This document shows positions 37,395 through 49,621 of a stretch of 64,000 bases of DNA, one piece after another. A program made the position numbers and the translations under genes. The stretch's first letter is position 1; every line of letters begins with the position of its first letter. The stretch covers positions 11,098,001 to 11,162,000 of the forward strand of contig JBHGNT010000020.1 of assembly GCA_043228905.1 (NCBI GenBank). The letters are read 5' to 3'. Origin of the DNA: Azolla caroliniana. Its lineage: Eukaryota; Plantae; Polypodiophyta. The notes below the pieces were generated by a model. The model was not told the origin of the DNA and made no database searches. It saw only the letters and a program-made list of their open reading frames with translations.

Positions 37395-40300
37395 TGTAGG
37401 AAATAACGCAGAATATTGCTCGGCCACAACTGAGTCTTGAATCACTTCAATGAGAATCAAACACAATAATGGGAAGTAGAGGGTGAACGCACGTACACAC
37501 ACGAACAATAGAGAGTACACATCATGTTTATGTGGAAAACCCTAATAGGGAAAAACCACGGGAGCCCACAGACTCCAAACTGTCACTATATAAGAAAGTT
37601 ACAATCAGAGACTTGGAGGCAACGACCTCGAGCTCTGTAACTTTGCCAGGCGGCAGTCACAACAGAGTATCGCTCTGTATCTCTCTCTCTCTCTCTCTAC
37701 AACAGTTATGCACATACAACAATATGACCACTCTCACTTTTCTGTGATTGCACTAGTTCATATTGATACTCATATTAGGGCTATTTACAAATATAGCCTC
37801 AATAGGCTTACTTAAAACATATTTACAAATATGTCTTCTCTTCCGGTTCTCACTGGGTCCACTTCCGGTTCTCAAGGGGTCCACTTCATTCATCACCAGA
37901 TCCCATCCGAAGGGACCGACTTCCCAACAATCTCCCCCTTCACTCCGGCATGGGATGTCTCGTTAGCCCGATCCTCTTTCAGCATGCGTCTTGCTTGTCG
38001 GTTGTCCACACCTTGGTCAGGATATCCTATCCGTTCTCCTCCGTGTGGATCTTCGTCAACACGAACTCTTGATCTTCTACTCTCTCCCGGATCCAGTGGT
38101 ACCTCCACTGGATATGTTTCATTCGGGAATGGTAGGCCGCGTTCCTCGCAAGGTGGATGACACTTTGACTGTCGCAATAGAGCCGATATTCCTCTTGTTG
38201 GATCTCTAGCTCTTCGATGAAGTCCTTCATCCATATTATCTCCTTGCCAGCTTCCAGAGCTGCCATGTACTCCGCCTCCGTCTTCTGCAACCTTGACTGC
38301 CACGAAACAGCTCCCCGACCGGCTGGTATCCGCATCAGCCGACATATCCGAGTCGGTGAAGCCTTCCAAGAGGGGTTTACGGGAGCTGAATCGGAGGCAC
38401 ATACTTGAGGTGCCTTTCAAATACCGGAGTACCCACTATACCGTGTTCCAGTGCTCTCTTCTGGGATTGCTCATGAACCGGCTCACCACTCCGACTGCAT
38501 ATCTGATATCCGGTCGGGTACATACCATTGCATACATCAAGCTTCTGACAGTAGAGGCATATGGTGTCTTCATCATATCCATCTTCTCTGCCTTAGTCCT
38601 CAGGTTTTGTTTTCCAGATAGCTTGCAGTTTGCCGGAAGTGTCGATCCGACCGGTTTTGCCTCCGATATGTTGAGCCGTTGAAGCACCTTTGTCACATAC
38701 TTCTCCTATGACAACCACATCTTCTTCGACCGGTCCCGGATGATGTGCATTCCCAATATCTGTCTTGCCAGACCCAAGTCTTTCATTGAGAAGGTCTGGT
38801 TCAGAGCCTTCTTCAGCACCCTGAATCTTGCCTTGGTCTCGTCCGATGATCAACATATTGTCCACATATAGGAGAAGTGTCAGGAAATCTCCTCCGTCAA
38901 ATTTCTTCACAAAAACGCAGTGATCGTCTTGCGTCTTGTGGTACCCTTGGTCGGTTATGAAGGAGTCGAACTTCCGGTACCATTGTCGGGGAGCTTGCTT
39001 TAGTCCGTATAAGCTCTTCTTTAATAGGCACACCAAATGCTCCTTCCCTTTCTTCACAAATTCTTTTGGTTGCTGCATGTAGATCTCTTCTTCGAGGTCA
39101 CCATGGAGGAATTCCATCTTTACGTCTAGTTGCTCTACCTCGAGGTCCATGCTTGCCGCTATGCTCAGCACCATCCGGATGGAAGTCATCTTAACTACTG
39201 GGGCAAAAACCTCGTTGAAATCCACTCCTTTCTTCTGCTGGAACCCCTTCACCACAATCCGGGCTTTGTATCTCGTTGGGTTTCCGGCATCTCCCGGTTT
39301 TAGCTTTGTATCTCCCGGTTCTGGAGTGCCCTCTTTCCTTTCGGCAACTCCGTGAGTTCATACGCGTGGTTCTCATGCAGGGAATCCATCTCATCCCGCA
39401 TGGCACTCAACCACTTGCGAATGTGGGTGTCTTTCTAACTCCCCCTCATCGGTCAGCAATACGTGCTCTGCATCTGGAAATCTCCGGGGGGATCTTCTCT
39501 CTCGGAGAGGATATCTCCGTCCTTGGTTTCTGACTACAGGTTCGTCCGTTTGTTGCTCATCCGAGTTTGATTTGGGATCTTGTCCGGTTCCGGTGTCTTC
39601 TTCTTCTTCTTCTTCTTCTTCTTCTTCGGTTGGTTCGGTTTCTTGTCTGTATTCAGCTGGTTCGTCGAGTATCATCCGGTTGCCGGCAAACATCCGATTT
39701 TCAACCGGGTAGGTCCTTGTGTCCTCAAACCGGTTTTGATTGGATGATCCAGAGTTCATCATCTTCTTCTCCGACTCCCAGTCGGCAATGGTCCTGTCTT
39801 CCATGAAGACTATGTCCCGACTCCGGAACACCTTCTTGTCGACCAGATCCCACACCCGGTAACCGAACTCATCATCGCCGTATGCAAGGAACATGCATGG
39901 CCTGGTCTTTGGATCCAACTTTGCGCTCTTGTCCTTTGCAACATGCACATATGCGAGACACCCGAACACCTTTAGATGCCAGTAAGAACGTCTTTATTGG
40001 TTCATACTCTCTGTGGTGTGTCTCCGTCCAAGGTATTGAGGGTGATCTGTTTATCATGTAAGTCTTCGTCATTAGCACCTTAGCCCAAAACGTCTTGGGT
40101 AGTTTTGCATGTGCCAGCATGCTCCAGACTCTCTCCATCACGGTCCGGTTCATCCTTTCGGCCAGCTCGTTTAGTTCCGGCGTCTTCAGTATAGTAAATT
40201 CGAGCCGAATTCCCTTCGACCGGTACTACTCCTCAAACTGCCCCTCATACTCTCCTCCGTCATCTGCTCGAACCGCTTTCAGATTCCGGCCGGTTTCTCT

Positions 40301-41496
40301 TTCCACTCTCGCGTGGAGCTCCTTGACGACGGAAAACACCTGATCCTTCGTCTTCAACGATGAGACCCAGAACTTCCGGCAGTGGTCATCTATGAACGTC
40401 ACGAAGTATTGTGATCCGGCATGTGACTTCGTGTCCAGTTGACCCACATCAGTGTGCACCAGCTCTAGTGGTGCATTCCGTCTCATTGGTGGTCTTGACC
40501 GGAAGGAGGTTCGGTTTTGCTTGCCGGCCAAGCAATCGGTGCACTTCTCAAGATGCACATCTTTCACCTTCGGAATGAGGTTGTCTTCGGCAAGTCTTCT
40601 CATCCCCTTCTGGCTCATATGACACAGTCTCTTGTGCTAGAGCTCACCGGCAGTGTCGGATCCTACGTTCACTTCTTCTGAGCATATCCGGGCATGCATA
40701 AGATATAGCGTGTTGATCTCCCGGGCTCGAGCCATGATCAAGCTTCCTTGCTGAACTTCATGACTCTGTTCCGGATGGTACCCGTGTAGCCTTCATCATC
40801 TAGCCCACCGGCTGATATCAAGTTCAACCGAACCTCCGGAACGTGTCAGACTTCTTTCAGTAGCAACTTGCATCCGGTTGATGTCATCAACAACACATCT
40901 CCTGTGCCGACAATTCGACATGTACCTTCATTTCCCATCCAGACACTACCAAGATCTTTGGTTGTGTAGGATGAGAAGCATCTCCGGTCTGGTATAAGAT
41001 GGAACGATTCTTCGAAATCGACAACCCACGTTGTCTCGTCTCCGACAAAGTTTAACTCATTCTCCTCGGTAATGAGCATCAGTTCTTCTTCACTTGTCGC
41101 GATTGTTGACGTTCCCTTCTGATCCGAATTGTTCTTCGAATCGGCAATGCCTGTTCCTTTCTCTTTCCGGAAGTGCCGATAGTTTTTCTGAAAGTGCCCC
41201 GGCTTCCCACAGTAGAAGCAAGTAGGCCTCCCCCTTGACATCGACCTCGTCCCCAATTTGTCCCGGTTTTGGGGAATTTGATACCGGCCTCTTCCCCGGT
41301 TGTGGTCATCTTCCGTAACCAAGGCCTTTGGATCGGTTCCGGACTCTCGGTCCTTTCGGTGAGCTTCTTCATCTAGCAAGCTTGATTTTATCCTTGTTAG
41401 GGACAACTGTTTTCCTTCCGGCTCGGCGTTGCCCAACGTGACAACTAATGTCTCCCAACTATCCAGGAAGGAACCGAGTAGTAGTAATGCGAGTAC
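37395..41496 (-). mobile_element. Degenerate family-A-related copia (3' LTR plus most of gag-pol), 5' part cut by the next element
   Basis: 3' LTR 37395-37929 and PPT ~37932-37941; fragments of zinc knuckle, integrase (LELVHTDV), RT (GFQQKKGVDFNEVFAPVVKMTSIR) and RNase H, with stops and frameshifts. Confidence 0.92.
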
Positions 41497-43374
41497 TGTT
41501 GAGAATCGATTCGTAAAACCAGAGGATCAAATGATGCTGAAAATAAACTACACAGGCACACGACAACACAGTACACAGAGATTTACGTGGAAACCCTAAA
41601 AAACGGGAGAAAACCACGGGTGAGCAGAAACTTCACTATACAGTGGATGTACAAGGCATAGATTACAACACTCTGATTATGAGTGTATCACCCACACAGG
41701 GTTCTTGGTGTCTGCTGTTACGCACACAACTATGGCGCCGCTCTTTCTCTCTCACACTCTCTCTTCTCGCGTCTCTCTTTCACTCTCACTTCTATTGTCA
41801 TAACTACTATCTATTGCCCTAGATGTGTGCATATATATATATATATATATGATACATCGTGTGGGGTATTTACAATTGTAGCCACTACTACATATCATTA
41901 CTATTATTATTACTATAATAATAATAATAATCTGTTTAAAAAATCGATTCTCTGTTGTCGACTCTTCCAAATAGTCGATTCCTCCCATTGGAGGGACATA
42001 TCCCCAACAAACTCCCCCTTCACTCCTGTGGGAGGGAGTCAGTCAATCCTGTCTTCTGTCAATAGACTCTAAGTCTGTCCATAGGTAGGTTCTTCGTGAG
42101 CATGTCGGATCCATTGTTATCCGTGTGGATCTTCACAAGTGTAAACTCTCCCTCTTCAACTCTCTCCCGCAACCAGTGATACCTTCTCTATATGCGCTTG
42201 GTCCGGGAGGGATATGCAACATTCTTGGCAAGATGTATGGCACTCTGGCTATCACAGTGAAGCAAGAACTCCCTCTGCTTCATCCCTAGCTCATTGAGAA
42301 AATTTCTCATCCAGATCATCTCTTTGCCGGCCTCAATCACTGCCATATACTCTGCCTCTATAGTCGACAAGGCTACAGACTTCTACAGTCATGATTGCCA
42401 TGGCACTGCTCCCCCTCCATAGGTCATCACGTATCCCGATGTGGATCGTCTTGAGTCTACATCTACCGACATGTTCGAGTCGGTAAAACCTTCCAGCACA
42501 GGTTTTCCGACACCATACCCTAGCCACACCCCTAAGGTGCCTTTTAAATACATGAGTATCCACTTCACTGCTGCCCAATGTTCTCTTCCTAGATTACTCA
42601 TATATCGGTTTACAGCTCCCATAGCAAATGCTATGTCTGGTCTCGTACAGACCATGTCATATATTAGACTACTGACGGCAGAGGCATATGGTACCTTCCT
42701 CATCTCAACCTTCTCCTTCTCCCCTTTCTGGCACAGTTTCGCATTCAACCTGCAATTTGTCGGCAACACTAAGCCAATTGGCTTTGCGTCCGACATGTTG
42801 AACCTTTCTAGGATCTTTGTCACATACTTTTGTTGTGACAACCATAGCACCTTTTGAGTTCTGTCTTGAACTATGTGCATTCCCAAGATCTGTTTAGCCG
42901 GTCCAAGGTCCTTCATGGAAAACGACCTGCCTAGAGCTTTCTTCAAACTTCCGATCTTCCTTGTGTCTTGACTGACTATCATCATGTCCTCAACATATAA
43001 CAAGAGAATCAAGAAGTCTCCTTCTTCCTACCTTTTAACGAACACACAGTGATCGGTCCGTGTTTTCTGGAATCGGTATTCCATCATGAAGGACTCGAAC
43101 TTCTTGTACCATTGGCGTGGAGCTTGTTTAAGACCATACAAGCTTTTCTTCAGATGACACACCAAATTCTCTTTCCCTTTCTCCTCAAAGCCTTCGGGTT
43201 GCTGCATGTAGATTTCTTCTTCTAGCTCCTCGTGCAAGAATGCGCTTTTGACATCCAACTGTTCGATCTCCAGGTCCATATTGGCCGCTATACTCAGAAC
43301 AGTTTGAATGGATGTCATCTTCACGACTGGTGTGAATATTTCGTCGAAGTCGACGCCCTTTTTCTGTTGAAAAC
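41497..43374 (-). mobile_element. Degenerate Tnt1-like copia: 3' LTR plus RT-RNase H fragment
   Basis: LTR 41497-42009 (TG...CA) and PPT ~42012-42021; ORFs 42188-43370 carry KKSLYGLKQAPRQWY, LLYVED, GFTDS and HCDSQSAIHLAKN. Confidence 0.9.
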
Positions 43375-46300
43375 TGTTGAGATACAAGCTCAACATTGGC
43401 CGGATCGGTTTAGACCGATCGGTTAGGCCGGACCGGTGCGTAAACCGGTACGCAAACCGGTGCATAATGAGAAACTGTAGCAGTGCGTAAACTACGAGGC
43501 CGTTGGAAAGATATTCCGCATAGGAATATATTTTGGGAGTTAGTGTAGAGCTCAGTTATGAGCATTGAAGTACGTATCAGTACTTTTGTCAGTCCGTATG
43601 GACTTGTATAAAAGTGCTCACTGAGCACATCCTATGTATAGATTGAGTATTATTTTTTGAAAGAGTTGTGTGTATTGACTCTCTCTCGCACGCTCTCTCT
43701 CTCTCTCTGTCTCTCCTACGTACTATGTGAGTCCAATCTTTCCATTAAACCTGTGTTTTTTCCTACATTCGGTTTTCTGTTGCTTCCGCACGTTGTTCTT
43801 TTTACATGGTATCAGAGCGCGAGGGTTGAGAACCTCTGTAGCCGACCTTAGCTCGAGAAGAAAACCTAACCTTCGAAAAGAATAGGAAAAACAGAATGGA
43901 TAGAGGCATGGCTAGCTCGCTTCCGACCGAGAAGCTCGATAGAAACAACTAGACGTCTTGGTCTTACAAGATGCACCAGTACTTGCTCGGGCATGGATAT
44001 TGGAGCTATGTCGATGGAGCAAATGACACAACACCTAATTCAACACACAAAGACTTCCCAGCTTGGGAACAGTCGGCGAGCAGAGTTCTCTACTGCTTCG
44101 CGTCTTGTGTGGGTGAACAACTTCTTTGCTATATTCGGGATGTGAAAACGCCGAAGGATGCTTGGGGAAATCTGAAAAAGATTTTCGTCGCAAGCACTAC
44201 AACTAGAAAGCTCCAACTCCGACAGACGCTGAGCAACTTGTGACAATGCGATTTGTCGGTGGCTGATTACACCTCGAACGTCAAAGATATATGCGACTCC
44301 TTAGCCTCCATCGATGTTAACGTCGAGGAAGGCGAAATGGTGCAAATCTGTCTTGGGGGACTAGCGTTGAAGTTTAGAGCGTTCTGAAGTGTTGTGTGCA
44401 CACGAGAGAATACGCCGTCATTTTTTGACCTACAGTCGATGCTCCTTATAGAGGAGAACCACGCGGCTGCGTCGACGAGTACGCACGCCGATAGAAAGAT
44501 GCTATACACGGAGGGAGATAGGCCCCACGGTCGTGGTGGACGAGGCGAGTCGGTGCGCAATGGCGGCGGCCGACGGGATCAAGGAAGAAGACATCGAAGT
44601 GATGCCGACAACAATTCCGAACCCTATAGAAATAGGGGGAGTCGAGGTGACGAGAACCGGCAAGGGAAATCCATCGCACAATGCTAGTACTTTGGCAAGA
44701 AAGGCCACAAGGAGAGCGAGTGCTAGAAAAAGCACCCCGATTTGGAGAAAACCGGATCCGAATCTAGACAAACCGACAAAGGAAATCGGCAGCGATCACA
44801 CTACGCTAAAGGATCCGAAACAGTTGGAAAGGGGGCAGCCTTTGTGACGAGACACAAAGCGAACTCGATGAAGAAGAACACCCCGAAATCGGACAAGGTG
44901 TGGTACGTTGACTCCGGCGCGTCAAACCACATGACGAGCCATCAGGAGTGGTTCTCATACCTTGAGAAACCAATGCAACCGGGAGCAGTCACAACAAGAG
45001 ACGACACTCCGCATTTGATCGAGAATGTCGGTGACGTTCCCCTAAGCCAAGTTGGGGAAAAAGGGAAACTCATGAACGTGTTACACGTCCCGACAATCAC
45101 GAAGAATCTGGTGTTGATCGGGTAGATTGTCGACTAGGGGATGCAAGTCCGGTTCACACATCTCGGGTGCTTCATCGAGGAGGAAGGCCAAGGTATTGCG
45201 CAAGGGCACAGAGATGGGGGGATGTTTATCCTCGACACCAATGACATTGGCACCACAATGTTCGTAAAAGGACAAAAAGTTGAGTCGGATATCGACTTGT
45301 GGCACAAGAGGATAGGCCACGTCAACTATCAAAGGCTTTAGGACTTGCAATCGAAACAAGTTGTGTTCGGATTGCCCAAATTTAGTGGCTGGAAGGCCCA
45401 AATTTGTGAAGCTTGCCAGCTAGGGAAGCAAGATCGACTTCCTTTCCCAAACGAGCGTAACCGGATCCGGAACAAGCTCGACTTGATACATTCGGATGTA
45501 TGGGGGCCGGCACAGAACAATCGTCTTGGCGGGAGTCGATATTTTGTCTCCTTCATCGACGACTACACGCGGCACACGTGGATCTATCTCATTGAAAAGA
45601 AGAGTGAAGTCTTCGATTGTTTCTAGGACCTCAAAAACTTCGTAGAAAGGGAAATAGGGAGAAAGATCATGTGCCAGCGGTCAAATGGCGGAAAAGTACT
45701 CTTTTCCCCCCAATTCAACAGTTATCTGCAACAAATGGGAATTCGGCGTGAATTCAGTTGCAGGTATACGCCGGAGCAAAACGGCGTAGCTGAAAGGAAA
45801 AATCGGTTGGTTGTGGAAGCGGCGCGGGCAATGCTGGAAGAAAAGAGCTTGCCCAAGTTCTATTGGGTTGAAGCGGTACGAACCGCGGTCTACATCTAGA
45901 ATCGGATCGGAGACAAGGTGTCGGCGCATGAGCTGTATTTCGGAAGGAAGCTGAATCTACGAAACTTGAGAGTTTTCGGTAGCATTGTGTATGTGCATGT
46001 GCCGAAGGAGAAACGGAGGAAGTTGGGTGTGAAAGCCGAGAAGTGTATCTCGGTCGGCTATTCGGACAAACAGAAGGATTATAAGTGTTATAACCCCCAA
46101 ACCAAACAAGCTCGCGTGAGCCGCGATGTTGTGTTTGACGAGTTCACGTCTTGGTACTTGCCTTCGACTCCGAACCTCAACTCCAACTCCGGACCTCCGG
46201 ACTCAAGTTCTAACGATGAGGTCAGCGAGGCTGAAATGACTCTGGATAACCGCGAAATCAAGAACCTCGATGAGAGTCCGATTTCATTTTGGCTAAGTGG

Positions 46301-47758
46301 ACTGAACGAACGACTGGGTCAGTTTGACCAGTCCGAAGAAGAGCCAATGATTAGTGGAGACTCGGTAGTGCATTCCCCGCGTAGGAAGCCGAGGAGACGG
46401 TTTACGCACAAGGAAAAAGGGAAGAAGAAGATGCCGGAGTACGGAACGGATAAGGGCGAGTCAAATTGCACGAATCCGACTCCGAGAAGATCGATGACGG
46501 GCCTTCGAGAGCGAAGTCCGCGTCGTCCAAGAAAGCCTCAACATTGGTTAATGAGCAATTAAGCCGATCTACCTGCCAGAAGAACCTTGTTGTGCGGTTT
46601 AGATACAACGAGTACATGGCGCATCACTATGCGTACATGACGCGTGTAGCGGAAGTGCATGAGCCGGAGAGCTACGCAGAAGCGGCGAAGAACGCAAATT
46701 GGCATGCCGTAATGGAGGAAGAGATGCGTGCATTGGCAGAGAATGAAACCTAGAACCTGGTTGACGCACCGAAGGGAGTGAAGCCGATCGGATGTAGGTG
46801 GGTGTACAAGGTCAAGTACAATGTCGATGGCTCGGTCAACCAATACAAGGCCCAGTTAGTAGCGAAAGGCTACACGCAGCAACACGACATTGACTACGAT
46901 GAGATGTTTGTGCTGGTCGCAAAGATGACGACCGTCCGTGTTTTGCTTGCGGTAGCTGCGGTGAAGGGGTGACATTTACATCAGATGGATGTCAAGAATG
47001 TGTTCGTGCAAGGTGAGCTTGAGGAACAGGTGTACATGGTACAACCCCCCGGATTTCACTCCGGAATGAATACCTCGGCGGTCTGCTGGTTGAAGAAGTC
47101 CCTTTACGAACTAAAGCAAGTCCTGCGTGCTTGGAATTCACGCAACGATTGCGTCAGATGGGATTTGCGACGTCCAAATCAGACTCTTCACTATTCATTC
47201 GGAAAGGTCGACTCGGGCCGGTTAGTATTTTACTTTATGTTGATGACTTGGTCCTCACCAGTGCCGACCTAGGTGAAATTGACCGCGTAAAGCTCCAGCT
47301 CGCGGCATCATTTGACCTGAAGGACCTGGGCGACCTTCATTACTTTCTCGGGATCGAAGTGATCTGTATCCTTGAAGGCATACCGATCAGCCAATGGCAT
47401 TACGTGTTGTATATGCTCTTCAAGTTCGGGATGGCAGATAGTAAGCCCGTCTCGACTCCTCTGGATTGAACCGTCAAGCTTTGCCCCGACTCCGGAAAGG
47501 TTTGCAACCCCAAGAGGTTCCGAAAGATTGTCAGAAGCCTCATATACTTGACTATCACTAGACCAAACATTAGTTACCTAGTCGGTGTGATTAGTTAGTT
47601 CATGGCGCGGCCAACCGAGGAGCACCTTCAGTGCGCACAACGTGTACTCTGGTACGTCAGTGGCACTAAGGACCGGGGGCTACTATATCGGACCGATACT
47701 GCCGCGCAGTTAGTCGGTTACACCGATGCTGATTGGGCCGGAAACGCCGGCGATCGCC
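43375..47758 (+). mobile_element. Degenerate family-B copia (5' LTR, PBS, gag-pol truncated in RNase H)
   Basis: LTR 43375-43806 resembles 20091-20524; PBS at 43807; MHQYLLGHGYWSY, DSGASNHMT, LIHSDVWGP, LYVDD and YTDADWAG, after which similarity ends. Confidence 0.92.
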
Positions 47759-48409
47759 AAGGCCAAAGCATCATATTACAAGCCCAAGTGAAAAAGGATG
47801 GTTGTTGAGGGGTGGGGGGTGGAGCCAAGAACGGATCCACCCCCTTCCCAAGGGGGTTTGAGTGTGTGGGGAGAGAGAATGTCATAGACACACAAACTAT
47901 GGATTACAACGGAGCACGGATGACGAGGCTATGAACTCTAGAAGCTGTGAGTGATGAGAGTATGAACTTAGGAAGTTATGGAGACTCACATGAAGACATA
48001 GATGAAGAAGGAGACAAGATGGAATGAAACGACAATACAAGATTGATGTGTAAATAACTAGTGTTGAATCCCTTGAAAGGGACAAAGGAGGTTACAAGTA
48101 TTTATACAAGTTCTAAAATTGAGTTTCTCTAGAATATACCTAACAAATATCTCTAGAATATACCCGTCAAGAATAGGGTGAAAGCATGCGAGTGGAAACA
48201 ATTAGCTATGCAAAAAGCAACCATTGAAAATAGTAGAGAGTTTTAATTATATAAATGAGCACCATAAATGTGCAACATAAATTGATATGTGTATCATAAA
48301 TTATATACCAAATTCCTAGGTCCATTATGCATGATCCTTTGCCACATCATGTGGGGCATCTTTGGTTGAATATTCTGGCTTAGATTACTACCATTGTTGC
48401 TAAACCCTA

Positions 48410-49170
48410 TTGAGTCCACTCCTCCATTGCCGCCATTCCACACTTAGTTACTGGCACTGTGTGGTCCAAGTATCATCTGCCACTGTTTGATCCGACGGAG
48501 TTCACTCCTCCATTGCCGCCATTCTACACTCAGTTGCCACCACTGTTCAGTCCAAGCATCATCTGCCAAGTTCACTCCTCCATTGCCGCCACTCTACACT
48601 CAGTTGCCGCTACTATGAAGGTCGTATATTGTTGCCACTTTTCGATCCGATGGAGTTAACTCCTTCTCTACTACTGCCATTCTACTCTCAATTGCCATCA
48701 CGGTGCATTCCAAGAATCATCTGCCACTATTCGATCTGACGGAGTTCACTCCTCCATTGCCATCATTCTACACTTAGTTGCCGCTATTGTTCGGTCCTGG
48801 ATTGCTGCCACTTTCCAATTTGACGGAGTTCACTCATCCATTGCCATCATTCTACACTTAGTTGCCGCTATTATTCGGTGGTGTATTGCTACCACTTTTC
48901 GATCCGAAGGAGTTCACTCCTTGTCCATTACTGTCATTCTACTCTCAGTTGTCATCATTGTGCGTTCTAAGCATCATCTGCCACTTTTCGATCCGACAAA
49001 ATTCACTCATCCATTGCCATCATTCTACACTCAGTTGCCACCATTGTTCGGTCCTGGATTGTCAAAACTGTTCGATCAAACGGAGTTCACTCCTCCACTG
49101 CCGCCATTCTACACTTAGTTGCCGCCACTATTCGGCCGTGGATTACCGCCATTGTTCCGTCTTGGATTTG
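48410..49170. repeat. Degenerate ~84-88-bp tandem repeat, ~9 copies
   Basis: gagttcactcctccattgccgccattctacact.agttgcc recurs at ~48412, 48498, 48568, 48653, 48742, 48826, 48910, 48998 and 49083. Confidence 0.9.
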
Positions 49171-49621
49171 AATAACTATTTTGTCTATTAATTATCTTGT
49201 GTATTGTTGTGTATAATCTTGCGTATTGCGGAATATTTTTGTGTATTGTTGTTGCCCATAGCCATCTTTAATATGTGTCTTTTCTTCAGGAATATTAGGG
49301 TTAAAACCCGTCGAGCCAAATGGAAGGGGAAGGAGGGTGTTTAGAATTATCCCTCAATGATCATCAGGATAGGGATGACGCTATCAGGACACAACAAGCA
49401 ATACGAAAGTATTGGGAAAATAAAATAAAAAAAAAACATCGTCAATTGTTGACGGATACGAAAGTCACACTCAATAAAAGATAAAGATAGTATTGGTTGC
49501 GATATAAGGACTCTAAATATCACTGAGAATGGAAGTAATGAGACTACTATCATAGAGAGAAAGGTTGTAGACTATTTCAATGTTCGAACCAAGCACATCA
49601 GCAATGAAGACAAGAAGGTAG

